From NCBI GenBank assembly GCA_902570695.1, contig CACFZE010000007.1, positions 11,912 to 75,911 of the forward strand: DNA of 64,000 nucleotides, in the 5' to 3' direction. This document shows, one piece after another, positions 37,843-48,299 of the stretch; position 1 is the first letter of the stretch; each line of letters opens with the position of its first letter. Source of the DNA: an uncultured Pelagibacteraceae bacterium (GTDB lineage: Bacteria > Pseudomonadota > Alphaproteobacteria > Pelagibacterales > Pelagibacteraceae). The notes under the pieces are model-generated. The model was not told where the DNA came from and did not search any database. It saw nothing but the letters and a program-made list of their open reading frames with translations. The translations under genes were made by a program, and so were the position numbers.

Positions 37843-38841
37843 ATGGCAACCGTTCCTTTAAGTTTAGAAGAAATTTTTCATTTAGCTAAAAAAACATTAA
37901 TAGCTAACGGATGCGATGAAGAAACAGCAGATACTTTATCTACTTTAATCAAAAATGCTGAAAGAGATGGATCATTATCTCATGGTCTATTTAGATTACC
38001 CGCTTATGTATCTGGTTTAAAAAGCGGAAAAATTAATGGTAAGGCTAGACCAGTGATTTCAAAATTAACCCCAAGTGTTGTTAAAGCAGATGGGAAAAAT
38101 AGTCTTGCCCCAATGGTTTTAAAATATGGAATACCAGAACTCGTAAAAGCTGCAAAAGAAAATGGAGTTGCAGTTTTAGCAATCACTAATTCTCATCATA
38201 TGGCTGCTATGTGGCCTGAGACTGAAGCAATAGCAGAGCAAGGACTTGTTGCTTTTGCCTGTACATCATACAAGCCAGCAGTTGCACCAGCAGGAGCAAT
38301 TAAACCTTTATTTGGAACAAACCCAATTTCATTTGCTTGGCCAAGAAAAAATAAACCACCTGTAGTTTATGATATGGCTACTGCATCGATGGCCATGGGA
38401 GAGGTTCAAGTTGCAAAAAGAGAAGGGCACAAGGTCCCAATAGGAACTGGTTTAACTAAAGATGGAAAAGAAACAACAGATCCTGGTGAAATAGCAGATG
38501 GTGGAGTTTTGTTACCATTTGGCGGCTATAAAGGCTCAGGAATAGCAATGATGGTCGAATTACTTGCTGGAGCCTTAGTTGGAGATAATTTTAGTTATGA
38601 GACGGCTGAGAAGGATACAGATGATGGTGGACCACCAAGTGGTGGAGAGTTTATTTTAGCTATATCTCCTGACAAATTAACAAATTCTGATTGGGATAGT
38701 CATTCAAATAAATTCTTTGAGAAAATGAAATCAATGGGAGAGGTTAGGTTGCCTGGTGAAAGACGTCACAAAAACAGATTAAATACTGGACCTAGAAATA
38801 TTAATGAGGAACTTGTTAATAAAATAAAATCATTAAGTTAA
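37843..38841 (+). CDS. Ldh_2-family NAD(P)H oxidoreductase (DpkA/ComC/AllD-like)
   Basis: SHGLFRL, SHHMAAMWPE, GTNPISF, YKGSGIA, RLPGERR. Confidence 0.85.
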   Translation: MATVPLSLEEIFHLAKKTLIANGCDEETADTLSTLIKNAERDGSLSHGLFRLPAYVSGLKSGKINGKARPVISKLTPSVVKADGKNSLAPMVLKYGIPELVKAAKENGVAVLAITNSHHMAAMWPETEAIAEQGLVAFACTSYKPAVAPAGAIKPLFGTNPISFAWPRKNKPPVVYDMATASMAMGEVQVAKREGHKVPIGTGLTKDGKETTDPGEIADGGVLLPFGGYKGSGIAMMVELLAGALVGDNFSYETAEKDTDDGGPPSGGEFILAISPDKLTNSDWDSHSNKFFEKMKSMGEVRLPGERRHKNRLNTGPRNINEELVNKIKSLS

Positions 38842-39609
38842 TTCAATTTCAATTGGTGTGTGATCTGAAGGTTTTTGTCTTCCACGAGGAAATTTGTTAA
38901 TTTTAACATCTTTCACAAGATTTATAATTGAGTTTGAAACTAAGAAATGATCAATTCTCATGCCATTATTTTTTTGCCATGCACCGCTTGTGTAATCCCA
39001 AAAAGTATATCCTTCTTTATCAGGGTGGATATATCTATATGCATCATGAAAACCTAAACTTAATAATTCTCTTAATTTTTTTCTTATCTCAAGTCTAAAT
39101 AATGCATCATTTTCATATCCTTTAGGATTATGAACATCTTCTGCAGATGGAATTATATTAAAATCACCACCAATAATTATATTTTCTTTTTTTTTTAAAT
39201 AACCTTTTAACTTCTTAATTAAACTTTCTAGCCAATATAATTTGTAAGTATATTTTTCTGTATCAACAGGATTTCCATTGGGTGTGTATATGTTTATTAA
39301 TTTAATAGTTTTTGATTTATGTTTTAGATCTGCAGTAATAATTCTAGATTGTTTATTTTTGTCTTTAAAAATATCTTTTTCAATTTTGTCTAATTTTTTT
39401 TTAGAAATTATCGCAACTCCATTATATGATTTTTGACCAAATACATAATTCTGGTAATTTGATTTTTCAAAGTCTTCGTAAGGATAGTTTTCATCTTGAG
39501 CTTTGATCTCTTGCATCATTAAAATATCTGGTGAATATTTTTTTAAATACTCTTTAATATTTTCAATTCTTGCTCTTACAGAGTTAACATTCCAGGAACT
39601 AATTATCAT
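38833..39609 (-). CDS. xth: Exodeoxyribonuclease III
   Basis: SWNVNS, MQEIK, YNGVA, GGDFN, RIDHFL, SDHTP. Confidence 0.95.
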   Translation of the reverse strand: MIISSWNVNSVRARIENIKEYLKKYSPDILMMQEIKAQDENYPYEDFEKSNYQNYVFGQKSYNGVAIISKKKLDKIEKDIFKDKNKQSRIITADLKHKSKTIKLINIYTPNGNPVDTEKYTYKLYWLESLIKKLKGYLKKKENIIIGGDFNIIPSAEDVHNPKGYENDALFRLEIRKKLRELLSLGFHDAYRYIHPDKEGYTFWDYTSGAWQKNNGMRIDHFLVSNSIINLVKDVKINKFPRGRQKPSDHTPIEIELT

Positions 39610-39926
39610 TAAAGCGAGAAAGATACGCCACAACCACAAGAAGATTTGCTTTGCGGGTTGTTTATTTTAAAAGAATCTCCGATTAATTCTTTTACAAAAT
39701 CAACTTCAGATCCTTTTAGTAAATCTGCCGATGTTTTGTCGATAAGAATATTATCTTGTTGTAGATCATCATCCTTAGCAGAGTTATCAAATGAGAAATC
39801 ATATTGAAATCCAGAGCATCCACCACCTTTAATAGCGATTCTAAAAAATGACCCTTTATCTTTTGATGAAAGAAGATGGTTTATCTGCTTTATAGCATTA
39901 TCTGTAAATTTAATTTCTTTAATCAT
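39609..39926 (-). CDS. A-type Fe-S carrier (ErpA/IscA family)
   Basis: GGGCSGFQY and SSCGCGVSF; start at ATG 39926. Confidence 0.9.
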   Translation of the reverse strand: MIKEIKFTDNAIKQINHLLSSKDKGSFFRIAIKGGGCSGFQYDFSFDNSAKDDDLQQDNILIDKTSADLLKGSEVDFVKELIGDSFKINNPQSKSSCGCGVSFSL

Positions 39927-39976
39927 AATTAAACATTGATAAAAACAATATAATAATATTTTGCCATTTTTAAAGA

Positions 39977-41095
39977 ATGAAAAATTACTCAAAATTAGGA
40001 ACATTTGCTTCAAAAGGTAGACTGTTCAAAGAAGCGAGCAATCCTTTCAGATCACCTTTTCAAAGAGATAGAGATAGAATAATTCATTCTACCTCATTTA
40101 GAAGATTGAAGCACAAAACCCAGGTATTTGTTAATACTGAAGGAGATCATTATAGAACCAGAATCACACATTCCATTGAAGTATCACAAATTGCTAGAAC
40201 AATTGCTAAATACTTAGGTTTAAATGATGATTTAGCTGAAACATTAAGCTTAGCTCATGATTTAGGTCATACCCCTTTTGGCCATGCAGGAGAAGAGTCT
40301 CTAAATGAATGTATGTATGAGTATGGTGGATTTGACCACAACCTTCAAACACTTAGGATAGTAATGTTCATTGAAAATAAATATTTTAAATTTGAAGGTC
40401 TTAATTTAACATTAGAAACATTAGATGGTCTTATTAAACATAATGGTCCGGTAACAAAGCTAGTCAAAATAAATAATTTAATTGGGTTAAAAAATTTAAA
40501 AAATAAAATTAATTTTTCAAAAAACTCCTCTTTGGAGGCTCAAATTGCATCTATATCCGATGACGTTGCATATAATAACCATGATATTCAAGATGGAATA
40601 AAAGCTAAATTATTTACATTAAACGATCTTAAACAAATCTCTTTTTTTGATGAAATTTTAAAATCATATAAAAACAAATTAAAAAGTGAAAATAATGATA
40701 TTCTTGTATATCAAACTATAAGAGACTCTATAAATTTAATGGTTCAAGACTTAATAAAAACTACGACAAGAAATATTTTAATGAATAAAATATCTACAAA
40801 AAAAGATGTATCAAATAAAAAAAATCAAATTGTTGATTTTTCCAACAAATTAAAAATAACTATAAATGAGATTAGAGATTTCCTTAGAATAACTATGTAT
40901 AATAATAAAGATGTATTAAAAAAAAATAACGAAGGAAAAAAGATAATTAAAAAGCTTTTTAATGTAATTAACAAAAATCCAAAAAAGTATATTAAAACTA
41001 AATATTTAAAAACTAACAAAGAAAGAGCTATATCTGATTATATTTCTGGCATGACAGATAGGTACGCCATACAATTATATAGAGCATCAAAATGA
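39977..41095 (+). CDS. dgt: dGTP triphosphohydrolase
   Basis: RRLKHKTQVF, HSIEV, AHDLGHTPFGHAGE, DYISGMTD. Confidence 0.93.
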   Translation: MKNYSKLGTFASKGRLFKEASNPFRSPFQRDRDRIIHSTSFRRLKHKTQVFVNTEGDHYRTRITHSIEVSQIARTIAKYLGLNDDLAETLSLAHDLGHTPFGHAGEESLNECMYEYGGFDHNLQTLRIVMFIENKYFKFEGLNLTLETLDGLIKHNGPVTKLVKINNLIGLKNLKNKINFSKNSSLEAQIASISDDVAYNNHDIQDGIKAKLFTLNDLKQISFFDEILKSYKNKLKSENNDILVYQTIRDSINLMVQDLIKTTTRNILMNKISTKKDVSNKKNQIVDFSNKLKITINEIRDFLRITMYNNKDVLKKNNEGKKIIKKLFNVINKNPKKYIKTKYLKTNKERAISDYISGMTDRYAIQLYRASK

Positions 41096-42822
41096 ATATA
41101 TTTGAAGAATATTTAAATAAAATTTTAAATAAAATTAAATTAGCAAGTGAAGAAAAGCTAATTTTATTACCTGAAAGTTTATCTGGTATAAATGTAGATA
41201 TACCTCCTAAAAAATTTAAGTGCGATCTGTCAACCAATGTTGCAATGGTTTTATCTAAAACAAATAATGAACCACCAATTAAAATTGCTGAAAAATTAAA
41301 AGATATTATTTTTAAAGACGATAATAATGTTGAGAAGATAGAAATAGCAAAGCCTGGATTTATAAATATTATTTTAAAAAAAGAGTTTTGGACTTCATTT
41401 CTTTTAAATATAAATAATCTTAATAATTTTGGCGCAGCACTTAAGGGCTCTAAAAAGAAACATTTAATTGAATTCGTGTCTGCAAATCCCACTGGACCAT
41501 TACATGTTGGTCATTGTAGAGGTGCTATACTAGGTGATGTTATCTCTAATTTGCTAAAATTTAACAATCAAGAAGTTGTAAAAGAATATTATGTAAATGA
41601 TCATGGTAATCAAATTTTACATTTTACTAGATCTGTATATTTGAGAATAAAAGAAAAATTAGATAATCAAACCTTTCCACTAAATGAGGATGATTTATAT
41701 CCAGGAGAATACATCAAGGATATAGCCCAACATATTATAGATAATAATAAAGATTTACAATTTGATGATTATGAAAAAATTAAGTTAACACTTACTAAAC
41801 TAGCAATTACAGAGTCACTTAAACTCATTAAGACTAATTTAAATAATTTGGGAATTATTCATGATAATTTTGCGAGTGAGACTGAAATAGTTGAAAATAA
41901 AGAGGTTGATAAGGTTATAGAGAAACTTAAAAAAGATAAATTTGTATATATAGGAAAAATCAAAGCTCCCGAAGGAGAAGACACAACTAATTGGGTAGAA
42001 AGAGATCAATTACTTTTTAGATCAACAGATTTTGGGGATGATAAAGATAGGGCATTACAAAAATCTGACAACACATGGACTTATTTTGCTGGAGATGTTG
42101 CGTATCATAATACAAAACTAAATAGAAACTTTGATAAATTAATAAATATTTTAGGAGCGGATCATGCAGGTTATATAAAAAGAATTACATCTGTTGTTGA
42201 AGCATTATCTGGAGAAAAAAATAAATTAATTTGTAAAGTAAGCCAACTTGTTAAGCTAATAAAAGATGGCAAACCTTTTAAAATGTCTAAAAGAAAAGGT
42301 GATTACATTACCGTTGAAGATTTAATTTCTGAAGTTGGAAAAGATGCAACAAGATTTATTATGCTAAGTAGAAGCAATGATGCTGAATTAGATTTTGATT
42401 TTACAAAAGTAAAAGAAAAATCTAAAGACAATCCGCTTTATTATGTTCAATATTGTTATGCTAGAATTTCATCGGTTTTTAGAAATATAAATAAAAATAT
42501 TGATGACAAGATTGATAATGAAAATAATAATATGCAATTTAATAATGCAGAAATTGAAATTTTTAAAAAAATATCTGAATGGCCTAAATGTGTAGAAATT
42601 TCCACTAAAAAACTAGAACCTCATAGGATCCCTGTATATTTATATGAGTTATCATCTCAGTTTCATTCCTATTGGAATATGGGAAAAGATGATGTTGAAA
42701 AAAGATTTATCAATGATGATAAAACAATAAATATAGAAAAACTAATATTTTTAAAATCTATTGCCAAAACAATTAAAACTGGAATGGATATTATAGGTGT
42801 TGATACACCTGAAAAAATGTAA
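41092..42822 (+). CDS. argS: Arginyl-tRNA synthetase
   Basis: SANPTGPLHVGH, GADH, MSKRKG, YVQYCYAR. Confidence 0.97.
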   Translation: MNIFEEYLNKILNKIKLASEEKLILLPESLSGINVDIPPKKFKCDLSTNVAMVLSKTNNEPPIKIAEKLKDIIFKDDNNVEKIEIAKPGFINIILKKEFWTSFLLNINNLNNFGAALKGSKKKHLIEFVSANPTGPLHVGHCRGAILGDVISNLLKFNNQEVVKEYYVNDHGNQILHFTRSVYLRIKEKLDNQTFPLNEDDLYPGEYIKDIAQHIIDNNKDLQFDDYEKIKLTLTKLAITESLKLIKTNLNNLGIIHDNFASETEIVENKEVDKVIEKLKKDKFVYIGKIKAPEGEDTTNWVERDQLLFRSTDFGDDKDRALQKSDNTWTYFAGDVAYHNTKLNRNFDKLINILGADHAGYIKRITSVVEALSGEKNKLICKVSQLVKLIKDGKPFKMSKRKGDYITVEDLISEVGKDATRFIMLSRSNDAELDFDFTKVKEKSKDNPLYYVQYCYARISSVFRNINKNIDDKIDNENNNMQFNNAEIEIFKKISEWPKCVEISTKKLEPHRIPVYLYELSSQFHSYWNMGKDDVEKRFINDDKTINIEKLIFLKSIAKTIKTGMDIIGVDTPEKM

Positions 42823-43079
42823 TGCTAAAAGAGCTTAAATATCTATTTTATTTAATAATTATATTTTTCTTTCTATTTTTTACTCTAAGATATTATTTTT
42901 CAGACGATAATTACAAGAAATCATATAGAGCAGTTTCAAGTATTGATGAAAAGATATCATCTAACGAAAATAATCTATTTATTCTTAAAAATGACACGGA
43001 CAACATTATTGAATATGTAGAATACAAAAATAAAAACACAAAAAAATATTCTTTTTGGGAATTGTTATATAATGATTAA
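42822..43079 (+). CDS. Hypothetical bitopic membrane protein (85 aa)
   Basis: One N-terminal TM; translationally coupled to argS and nagZ. Confidence 0.65.
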   Translation: MLKELKYLFYLIIIFFFLFFTLRYYFSDDNYKKSYRAVSSIDEKISSNENNLFILKNDTDNIIEYVEYKNKNTKKYSFWELLYND

Positions 43080-44022
43080 AAAAACTAGAGCTTTTATATG
43101 TGGTATTAGTGGACATAATTTAAAAAAAAGTGAAGTAAGTTTTTTAAAAAAATATAAGCCATGGGGAATAATCCTTTTTTCAAGAAATATAAAATCAATC
43201 AATCAAGTTCAAAAATTAACTGGTTCGATTAAAAAAATATTTAAAAACTCTAATTATCCAATTCTAATTGATGAAGAAGGTGGAAGAGTAAGTAGATTAA
43301 GAAAATTCATAGATAATTCCATTTTTAGTGCAAAATATTTTGGTGATTTATATTCAAAAGATAGAAAAAAATTTAATATTTATTTCAATGTTTATGTTAA
43401 GCAAATATCCTATTTGTTAAGACTTATTGGTATTAATATTAATACAGTTCCCGTATTGGATTTAAGACGAAATAAGTCTCATAAAATTATAGGTGATCGA
43501 TCCTATTCAAATGATAAAAAAACTCTGTCTAAAATTGGCGATATATCTATCAAAAAATTTCACGAAAATAGGGTTGGTACAGTAATTAAACATCTTCCAG
43601 GTCATGGTTTAGCTAAAGTTGATAGTCATTATAAATTACCAGTTATAGATAAAGATCTAAAGTATCTTAAAAAAAATGATTTTTTTCCATTTACCAAAAA
43701 AAAATCTGTTTTAGGTATGACCGGTCACTTGTTGTTTAAGAAACTTGATCCGATAAATAACGTTTCACATTCTAAAAAAATCATAAAAATGATTAGAAGA
43801 GAAATATCATTCAAGGGAATATTAATGTCAGATGATATTTCTATGGGTGCTCTTAAAGGTAATTTAAAAAATAACGTTATTAAATCTTTTCGTGCAGGTT
43901 GTAATTTGGTGCTTCATTGCAATGGAAAAATGAGAGAAATGAATGTGGTAGGTCAAAATTCACCTTATATCGACGATTTTATTTTAAAAAAAACTTCTAA
44001 ATTAATTCAAATAATAAGTTAA
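43072..44022 (+). CDS. nagZ: Beta-N-acetylhexosaminidase (GH3)
   Basis: DEEGGRVSR, KHLPGHG, DSH, SDDISM. Confidence 0.92.
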   Translation: MIKKTRAFICGISGHNLKKSEVSFLKKYKPWGIILFSRNIKSINQVQKLTGSIKKIFKNSNYPILIDEEGGRVSRLRKFIDNSIFSAKYFGDLYSKDRKKFNIYFNVYVKQISYLLRLIGININTVPVLDLRRNKSHKIIGDRSYSNDKKTLSKIGDISIKKFHENRVGTVIKHLPGHGLAKVDSHYKLPVIDKDLKYLKKNDFFPFTKKKSVLGMTGHLLFKKLDPINNVSHSKKIIKMIRREISFKGILMSDDISMGALKGNLKNNVIKSFRAGCNLVLHCNGKMREMNVVGQNSPYIDDFILKKTSKLIQIIS

Positions 44023-44032
44023 ATTTAAATCC

Positions 44033-44764
44033 ATGAGTGATTCTTTAGAATTTAATGTTGATCTTAGTAATTACTCTGGATCATTAGAAATACTTTTAGA
44101 TTTAGCAAAATCACAAAAAGTTGATTTGGAAAATATATCAATCACTAAATTAGCAGATCAATTTCATGATTTTATAACAAAAACTGAAAATTTAAATTTA
44201 GAATTGGCCTCAGAATATTTGCTTATGGCTACTTGGTTAACTTATCTTAAATCTAAACTACTATTACCAGAAACAGAAGAAGAGGAATTTAAAGCTCTTG
44301 AAGTGGCAGAAAAATTAAAACTCCAACTTAAAAAACTAGAATTAATAAGATTGTTGTCCTCTCAGATGTTGAGTAGAAAAAGATTAGGAAAAGATATTTT
44401 TATGAGAGGTTCAAAAAGCGGAATGAGATCAATTTATAATTCTAAATATTCATTAACATTGTTTGAATTATTAAAAACGTATTCGAATATCGTAATGACA
44501 AAAGATTTTCAGAGAATGAATATTCCAAAACTTCCAGTATTTACCACTGAAGAAGGAATTAAAGTGATAAAAGAATTTTATAATAATTTAAATGATTGGA
44601 AAAATATGACTGATCTAATACCAAAAAATTTTAGAAACTCTAAAACGTTAAGTAAGACAGGTAATGCAGGAATTTTTGCTGGATCTTTAGAGCTTGCAAA
44701 AGAAGGTAATATATCTATTAAACAAAATAATTTATTTGAGGACATATATATTAAAAAAATCTAA
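44033..44764 (+). CDS. scpA: Segregation and condensation protein A
   Basis: GSLEILLDL, SEYLLMATWLTYLKSKLLLP. Confidence 0.9.
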   Translation: MSDSLEFNVDLSNYSGSLEILLDLAKSQKVDLENISITKLADQFHDFITKTENLNLELASEYLLMATWLTYLKSKLLLPETEEEEFKALEVAEKLKLQLKKLELIRLLSSQMLSRKRLGKDIFMRGSKSGMRSIYNSKYSLTLFELLKTYSNIVMTKDFQRMNIPKLPVFTTEEGIKVIKEFYNNLNDWKNMTDLIPKNFRNSKTLSKTGNAGIFAGSLELAKEGNISIKQNNLFEDIYIKKI

Positions 44765-45456
44765 TGAATAAATTAAAAAAAAATAATGTTGTATCATTTC
44801 CATCTAAATTAAGTGATGTTGATAAAGAAATAGAAGCTATTGTTTTTGCGGCAGCAGAACCGTTAAATATTGAAACTATTGAAAATAAAATTTCAAAAAA
44901 GACAGATGTTGAAAAATCTTTACTAAAACTTCAGAATTTTTATTCTGATCGTGGAATAAATTTAGTCTGTATATCCAATAAGTGGTCTTTTAGAACTTCA
45001 CCAAATTTATCCTCATTAATGTCTCAACAAAAAACTGTTGAAAAAAAATTATCAAAGGCTGCAATAGAAACACTTGCAATTATTGTATATCATCAACCAG
45101 TCACTAGAGCTGAAATAGAAGAAATTCGTGGAGTTGCGTTCGGAAATAATACACTTGAGATATTGATGGAATTGAACTGGGTTAGACCTCAAGGTCGAAA
45201 AGATGCCCCTGGTAAACCTATTCAATATGGAACAACAGATGACTTTTTAAGTCATTTCAATCTGCAAAAATTGTCAGATCTTCCAACCGTTGATGAATTA
45301 GGAACTGCAGGTCTTATTGATACATCTAGTGTAGATGCATCTATATTTGGAACAGGCAAATTCTATAAAGAAAAACAGGAGGATAAAAAGGAAAATATAT
45401 ACTCTGATATAGATGAGATGCTTAATAGCACTCTTAATACCGATAACGATAAATAA
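44764..45456 (+). CDS. scpB: Segregation and condensation protein B
   Basis: ETLAIIVYHQPVTRAEIEEIRG, YGTTDDFL. Confidence 0.93.
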   Translation: MNKLKKNNVVSFPSKLSDVDKEIEAIVFAAAEPLNIETIENKISKKTDVEKSLLKLQNFYSDRGINLVCISNKWSFRTSPNLSSLMSQQKTVEKKLSKAAIETLAIIVYHQPVTRAEIEEIRGVAFGNNTLEILMELNWVRPQGRKDAPGKPIQYGTTDDFLSHFNLQKLSDLPTVDELGTAGLIDTSSVDASIFGTGKFYKEKQEDKKENIYSDIDEMLNSTLNTDNDK

Positions 45457-45498
45457 AAAAATAGTTTTAAAACTAAAATTATAAGGTTATAAGTAATT

Positions 45499-45696
45499 AT
45501 GAGTATAGGATTTTGGCAAATTGCAATTGTAGTAATTTTAGTAGTATTACTTTTTGGCAGAGGTAAAATCTCTAGTTTAATGGGTGATGTTGCTAAAGGA
45601 ATTAAAAGTTTTAAAAAGGGTATGGCTACAGATGCTACAGAAGATAGCCAACCAAAAAATATATCTGAAAATCAAGACTCAGACAAAAAAGAGTAA
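45499..45696 (+). CDS. tatA: Twin-arginine translocase TatA
   Basis: LLFGRGK...GIKSFKKG. Confidence 0.92.
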   Translation: MSIGFWQIAIVVILVVLLFGRGKISSLMGDVAKGIKSFKKGMATDATEDSQPKNISENQDSDKKE

Positions 45697-45699
45697 TCA

Positions 45700-45936
45700 A
45701 TGCCACAGATCGGCTGGTTTGAAATATTAATAATAGTATTTATTGCAATAATAGTTGTAGGACCAAAAGACTTTCCTGTAATGTTAAAAAAAGTTGGATC
45801 ATGGATAGGTTCTGCTAAGAGATATTTTTCAGATGTTCAAAATCAAGTTACAGAAATAACGGATGTTTCAATTAAAGAAGAATTAAAAAAAAACACTGAA
45901 ATTATGAAAGAGGACAAGCCTAAAGATGACAGCTAA
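45700..45936 (+). CDS. tatB: Twin-arginine translocase TatB (short)
   Basis: GWFEILII...VGPKDFP. Confidence 0.85.
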   Translation: MPQIGWFEILIIVFIAIIVVGPKDFPVMLKKVGSWIGSAKRYFSDVQNQVTEITDVSIKEELKKNTEIMKEDKPKDDS

Positions 45937-46699
45937 AAAAAAAGAAACAGGTTTTATAAGTCATCTTACTGAATTAAGACAAAGACTAATAAATTCATTT
46001 ATCTTCTTAGCAGTATTATTTGTAGTTTGTTACTATTTTTCTGAATACATATATGGATTTTTAGTTGAACCTTACGCTAATGCTGTAAAGGATGACACTG
46101 TCGATAGAAGATTAATTTTTACTGCTCTTCAAGAAACATTTTTAACATATCTTAAAGTCTCTTTTTTTGCTGCTTTCTTTGTGACCAGTCCATATATCCT
46201 TATTCAAATTTGGAAATTTATTGCACCAGGTTTATACACTCACGAAAAGAAAGCAATTATGCCTTACTTAGTAATTACACCAATACTTTTTTTACTAGGA
46301 GGTATGCTTGTTTATTATCTAATTATGCCTCTAGCATTTAAATTCTTTTTATCATTTGAAAGTGCAGGACTTGGGACTAGCTTACCAATTCAATTAGAAG
46401 CTAAAGTAAACGAATATTTATCTCTTGTAATGAAATTAATTTTTGCATTTGGATTAAGTTTTCAGCTACCAGTTGTATTAAGTTTGCTAGCAAGAATAGG
46501 AGTTGTAAATTCAACTTATTTAAGAGAAAGAAGAAAATATTTCGTTGTAATAATATTTGCTGCTGCTGCAATATTAACTCCACCAGATCCAATTACGCAA
46601 ATAGGTTTAGCAATACCTTTGTTAATTTTATATGAATTATCAATTTTTTCTGTAAATATTATCGAAAAGAAAGCTCAAGAGAGAAATGCACAATATTAA
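45926..46699 (+). CDS. tatC: Twin-arginine translocase TatC
   Basis: HLTELRQRL, FIAPGL, FQLP, TPPDPITQ. Confidence 0.95.
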   Translation: MTAKKKETGFISHLTELRQRLINSFIFLAVLFVVCYYFSEYIYGFLVEPYANAVKDDTVDRRLIFTALQETFLTYLKVSFFAAFFVTSPYILIQIWKFIAPGLYTHEKKAIMPYLVITPILFLLGGMLVYYLIMPLAFKFFLSFESAGLGTSLPIQLEAKVNEYLSLVMKLIFAFGLSFQLPVVLSLLARIGVVNSTYLRERRKYFVVIIFAAAAILTPPDPITQIGLAIPLLILYELSIFSVNIIEKKAQERNAQY

Positions 46700-47945
46700 G
46701 GATATTAGAAAAGATATCGATAATTTTAAAAATACAATTAAAAATCGAAACGTTGATGTAGACTTTGACCAAATATTAAATCTTGATGAAGAAAATAGAA
46801 AATTAATTCAAGAAAAAGAAAAATTAGAAATGGAAAAAAAATCTATTTCTAAATCTAAAGATGAAACCCTTTTTGAAAAGTCAAAAGAAATTTCAAATAA
46901 AATAGATGATTTAAGTAAAAATCAAAAAAATGTTAAAGACCAACTTGATCAGATATTAAGTAATATTCCTAATTTACCATTGAATGATGTCCCAGTAGGT
47001 AAGGATGAAAATAGCAATAAAGAGGTTGTAAAATCTGGTGAAATTAAAGAAATGAGTTTTAAACCAAAATCTCATTATGAAATTGGTGAAAAACTGAATA
47101 TGTTAGATTTTGATTTAGCAACAAAAACAACTGGATCAAGATTTGTTTTTGTTAAAGACAAATTAGCATCATTAGAAAGAGCAATTTCTAATTTTATGAT
47201 TGATACACATGTCAATAATAATGGCTATACTGAAATCTCTCCACCTTTAATGGCTACAGACAACACTATGTTTGGAACTGGCCAATTGCCCAAATTTGAA
47301 AATGATCAATTCGAAATTAAGTTTGATGATAAAAATGATAGAAAGTTTTTAATCCCTACTGCTGAAGTGATCTTAACTAATATGGTTAAAAATCAGATAT
47401 TAAATTTAAAATCATTGCCAATGAGATTAGTTGCATCAACACCTTGTTTTAGAAAAGAAGCAGGAAGTTATGGTAAAGATACAAAGGGCATGATTAGACA
47501 ACATCAATTTTATAAAGTTGAATTAGTCAGTATTGTAGAAAATAATAAATGTATTGAAGAACTAGAGAGAATGACTAATTGTGCAACTAAAATTTTAGAT
47601 GATTTACAATTACCTTACAGAAAAATTATTTTAAGCACTGGTGATATGGGTTTTAGTGCAGAAAAAACTTATGACATAGAGGTTTGGCTTCCATCTGAAA
47701 ATAAATATAGAGAAATATCAAGCTGTTCTTCATGTGGAACATTTCAGGCCAAAAGAATGAAAGCTAGATATAAAAATAATAATAACGAAAATGAATTTGT
47801 TGGTACTTTAAATGGGAGTGGACTTGCCGTTGGTAGAACTTTAATTGCGATATTAGAAAATTATCAAACTGAGGATGGTTCAATAATTATTCCTGAAAAA
47901 CTAAGACCATATATGAACAATATGGATAAAATAGGTATCAATTAA
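46686..47945 (+). CDS. serS: Seryl-tRNA synthetase
   Basis: PTAEV, FRKEAGS, RQHQF, LNGSGLAVGR. Confidence 0.97.
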   Translation: MHNIKDIRKDIDNFKNTIKNRNVDVDFDQILNLDEENRKLIQEKEKLEMEKKSISKSKDETLFEKSKEISNKIDDLSKNQKNVKDQLDQILSNIPNLPLNDVPVGKDENSNKEVVKSGEIKEMSFKPKSHYEIGEKLNMLDFDLATKTTGSRFVFVKDKLASLERAISNFMIDTHVNNNGYTEISPPLMATDNTMFGTGQLPKFENDQFEIKFDDKNDRKFLIPTAEVILTNMVKNQILNLKSLPMRLVASTPCFRKEAGSYGKDTKGMIRQHQFYKVELVSIVENNKCIEELERMTNCATKILDDLQLPYRKIILSTGDMGFSAEKTYDIEVWLPSENKYREISSCSSCGTFQAKRMKARYKNNNNENEFVGTLNGSGLAVGRTLIAILENYQTEDGSIIIPEKLRPYMNNMDKIGIN

Positions 47946-48002
47946 GAGTTGTCTTCTAAAATTATATAGTATAAATAATCGTTAACTTTTTAAGGACTTA
48001 AC

Positions 48003-48287
48003 ATGGACGCAGGAATTGGACAATTTATACCCCTAATTTTAATATTCGTAATATTTTACTTTTTCTTAATTAGACCCCAGCAAAAGAAAGTTAAAGAACA
48101 TAAGGCTATGGTTGAAGCTTTAAAGCGTGGAGATAAAGTTATTACTTCTGGAGGTATCGTTGGCACTGTAGAAAGAGTTATCGATAACGAAAAAGTAGAA
48201 GTTATGATAGCTGATAATGTTAAAGTTGAAATTGTTCGAGCTACAGGAATACAAGGACTAGTTACTAAAGCTGAACCAAAAAAATAA
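48003..48287 (+). CDS. yajC: Preprotein translocase subunit YajC
   Basis: FYFFLIRPQQKK, GDKVITSGG. Confidence 0.93.
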   Translation: MDAGIGQFIPLILIFVIFYFFLIRPQQKKVKEHKAMVEALKRGDKVITSGGIVGTVERVIDNEKVEVMIADNVKVEIVRATGIQGLVTKAEPKK

Positions 48288-48299
48288 TAACTTCCTAAA

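Noticed and set aside
45462-45475. 14-bp palindrome TAGTTTTAAAACTA before tatA; 12-bp AATAGTACTATT near 60548
   Set aside because: Short AT-rich palindromes expected by chance; no second instance or functional link
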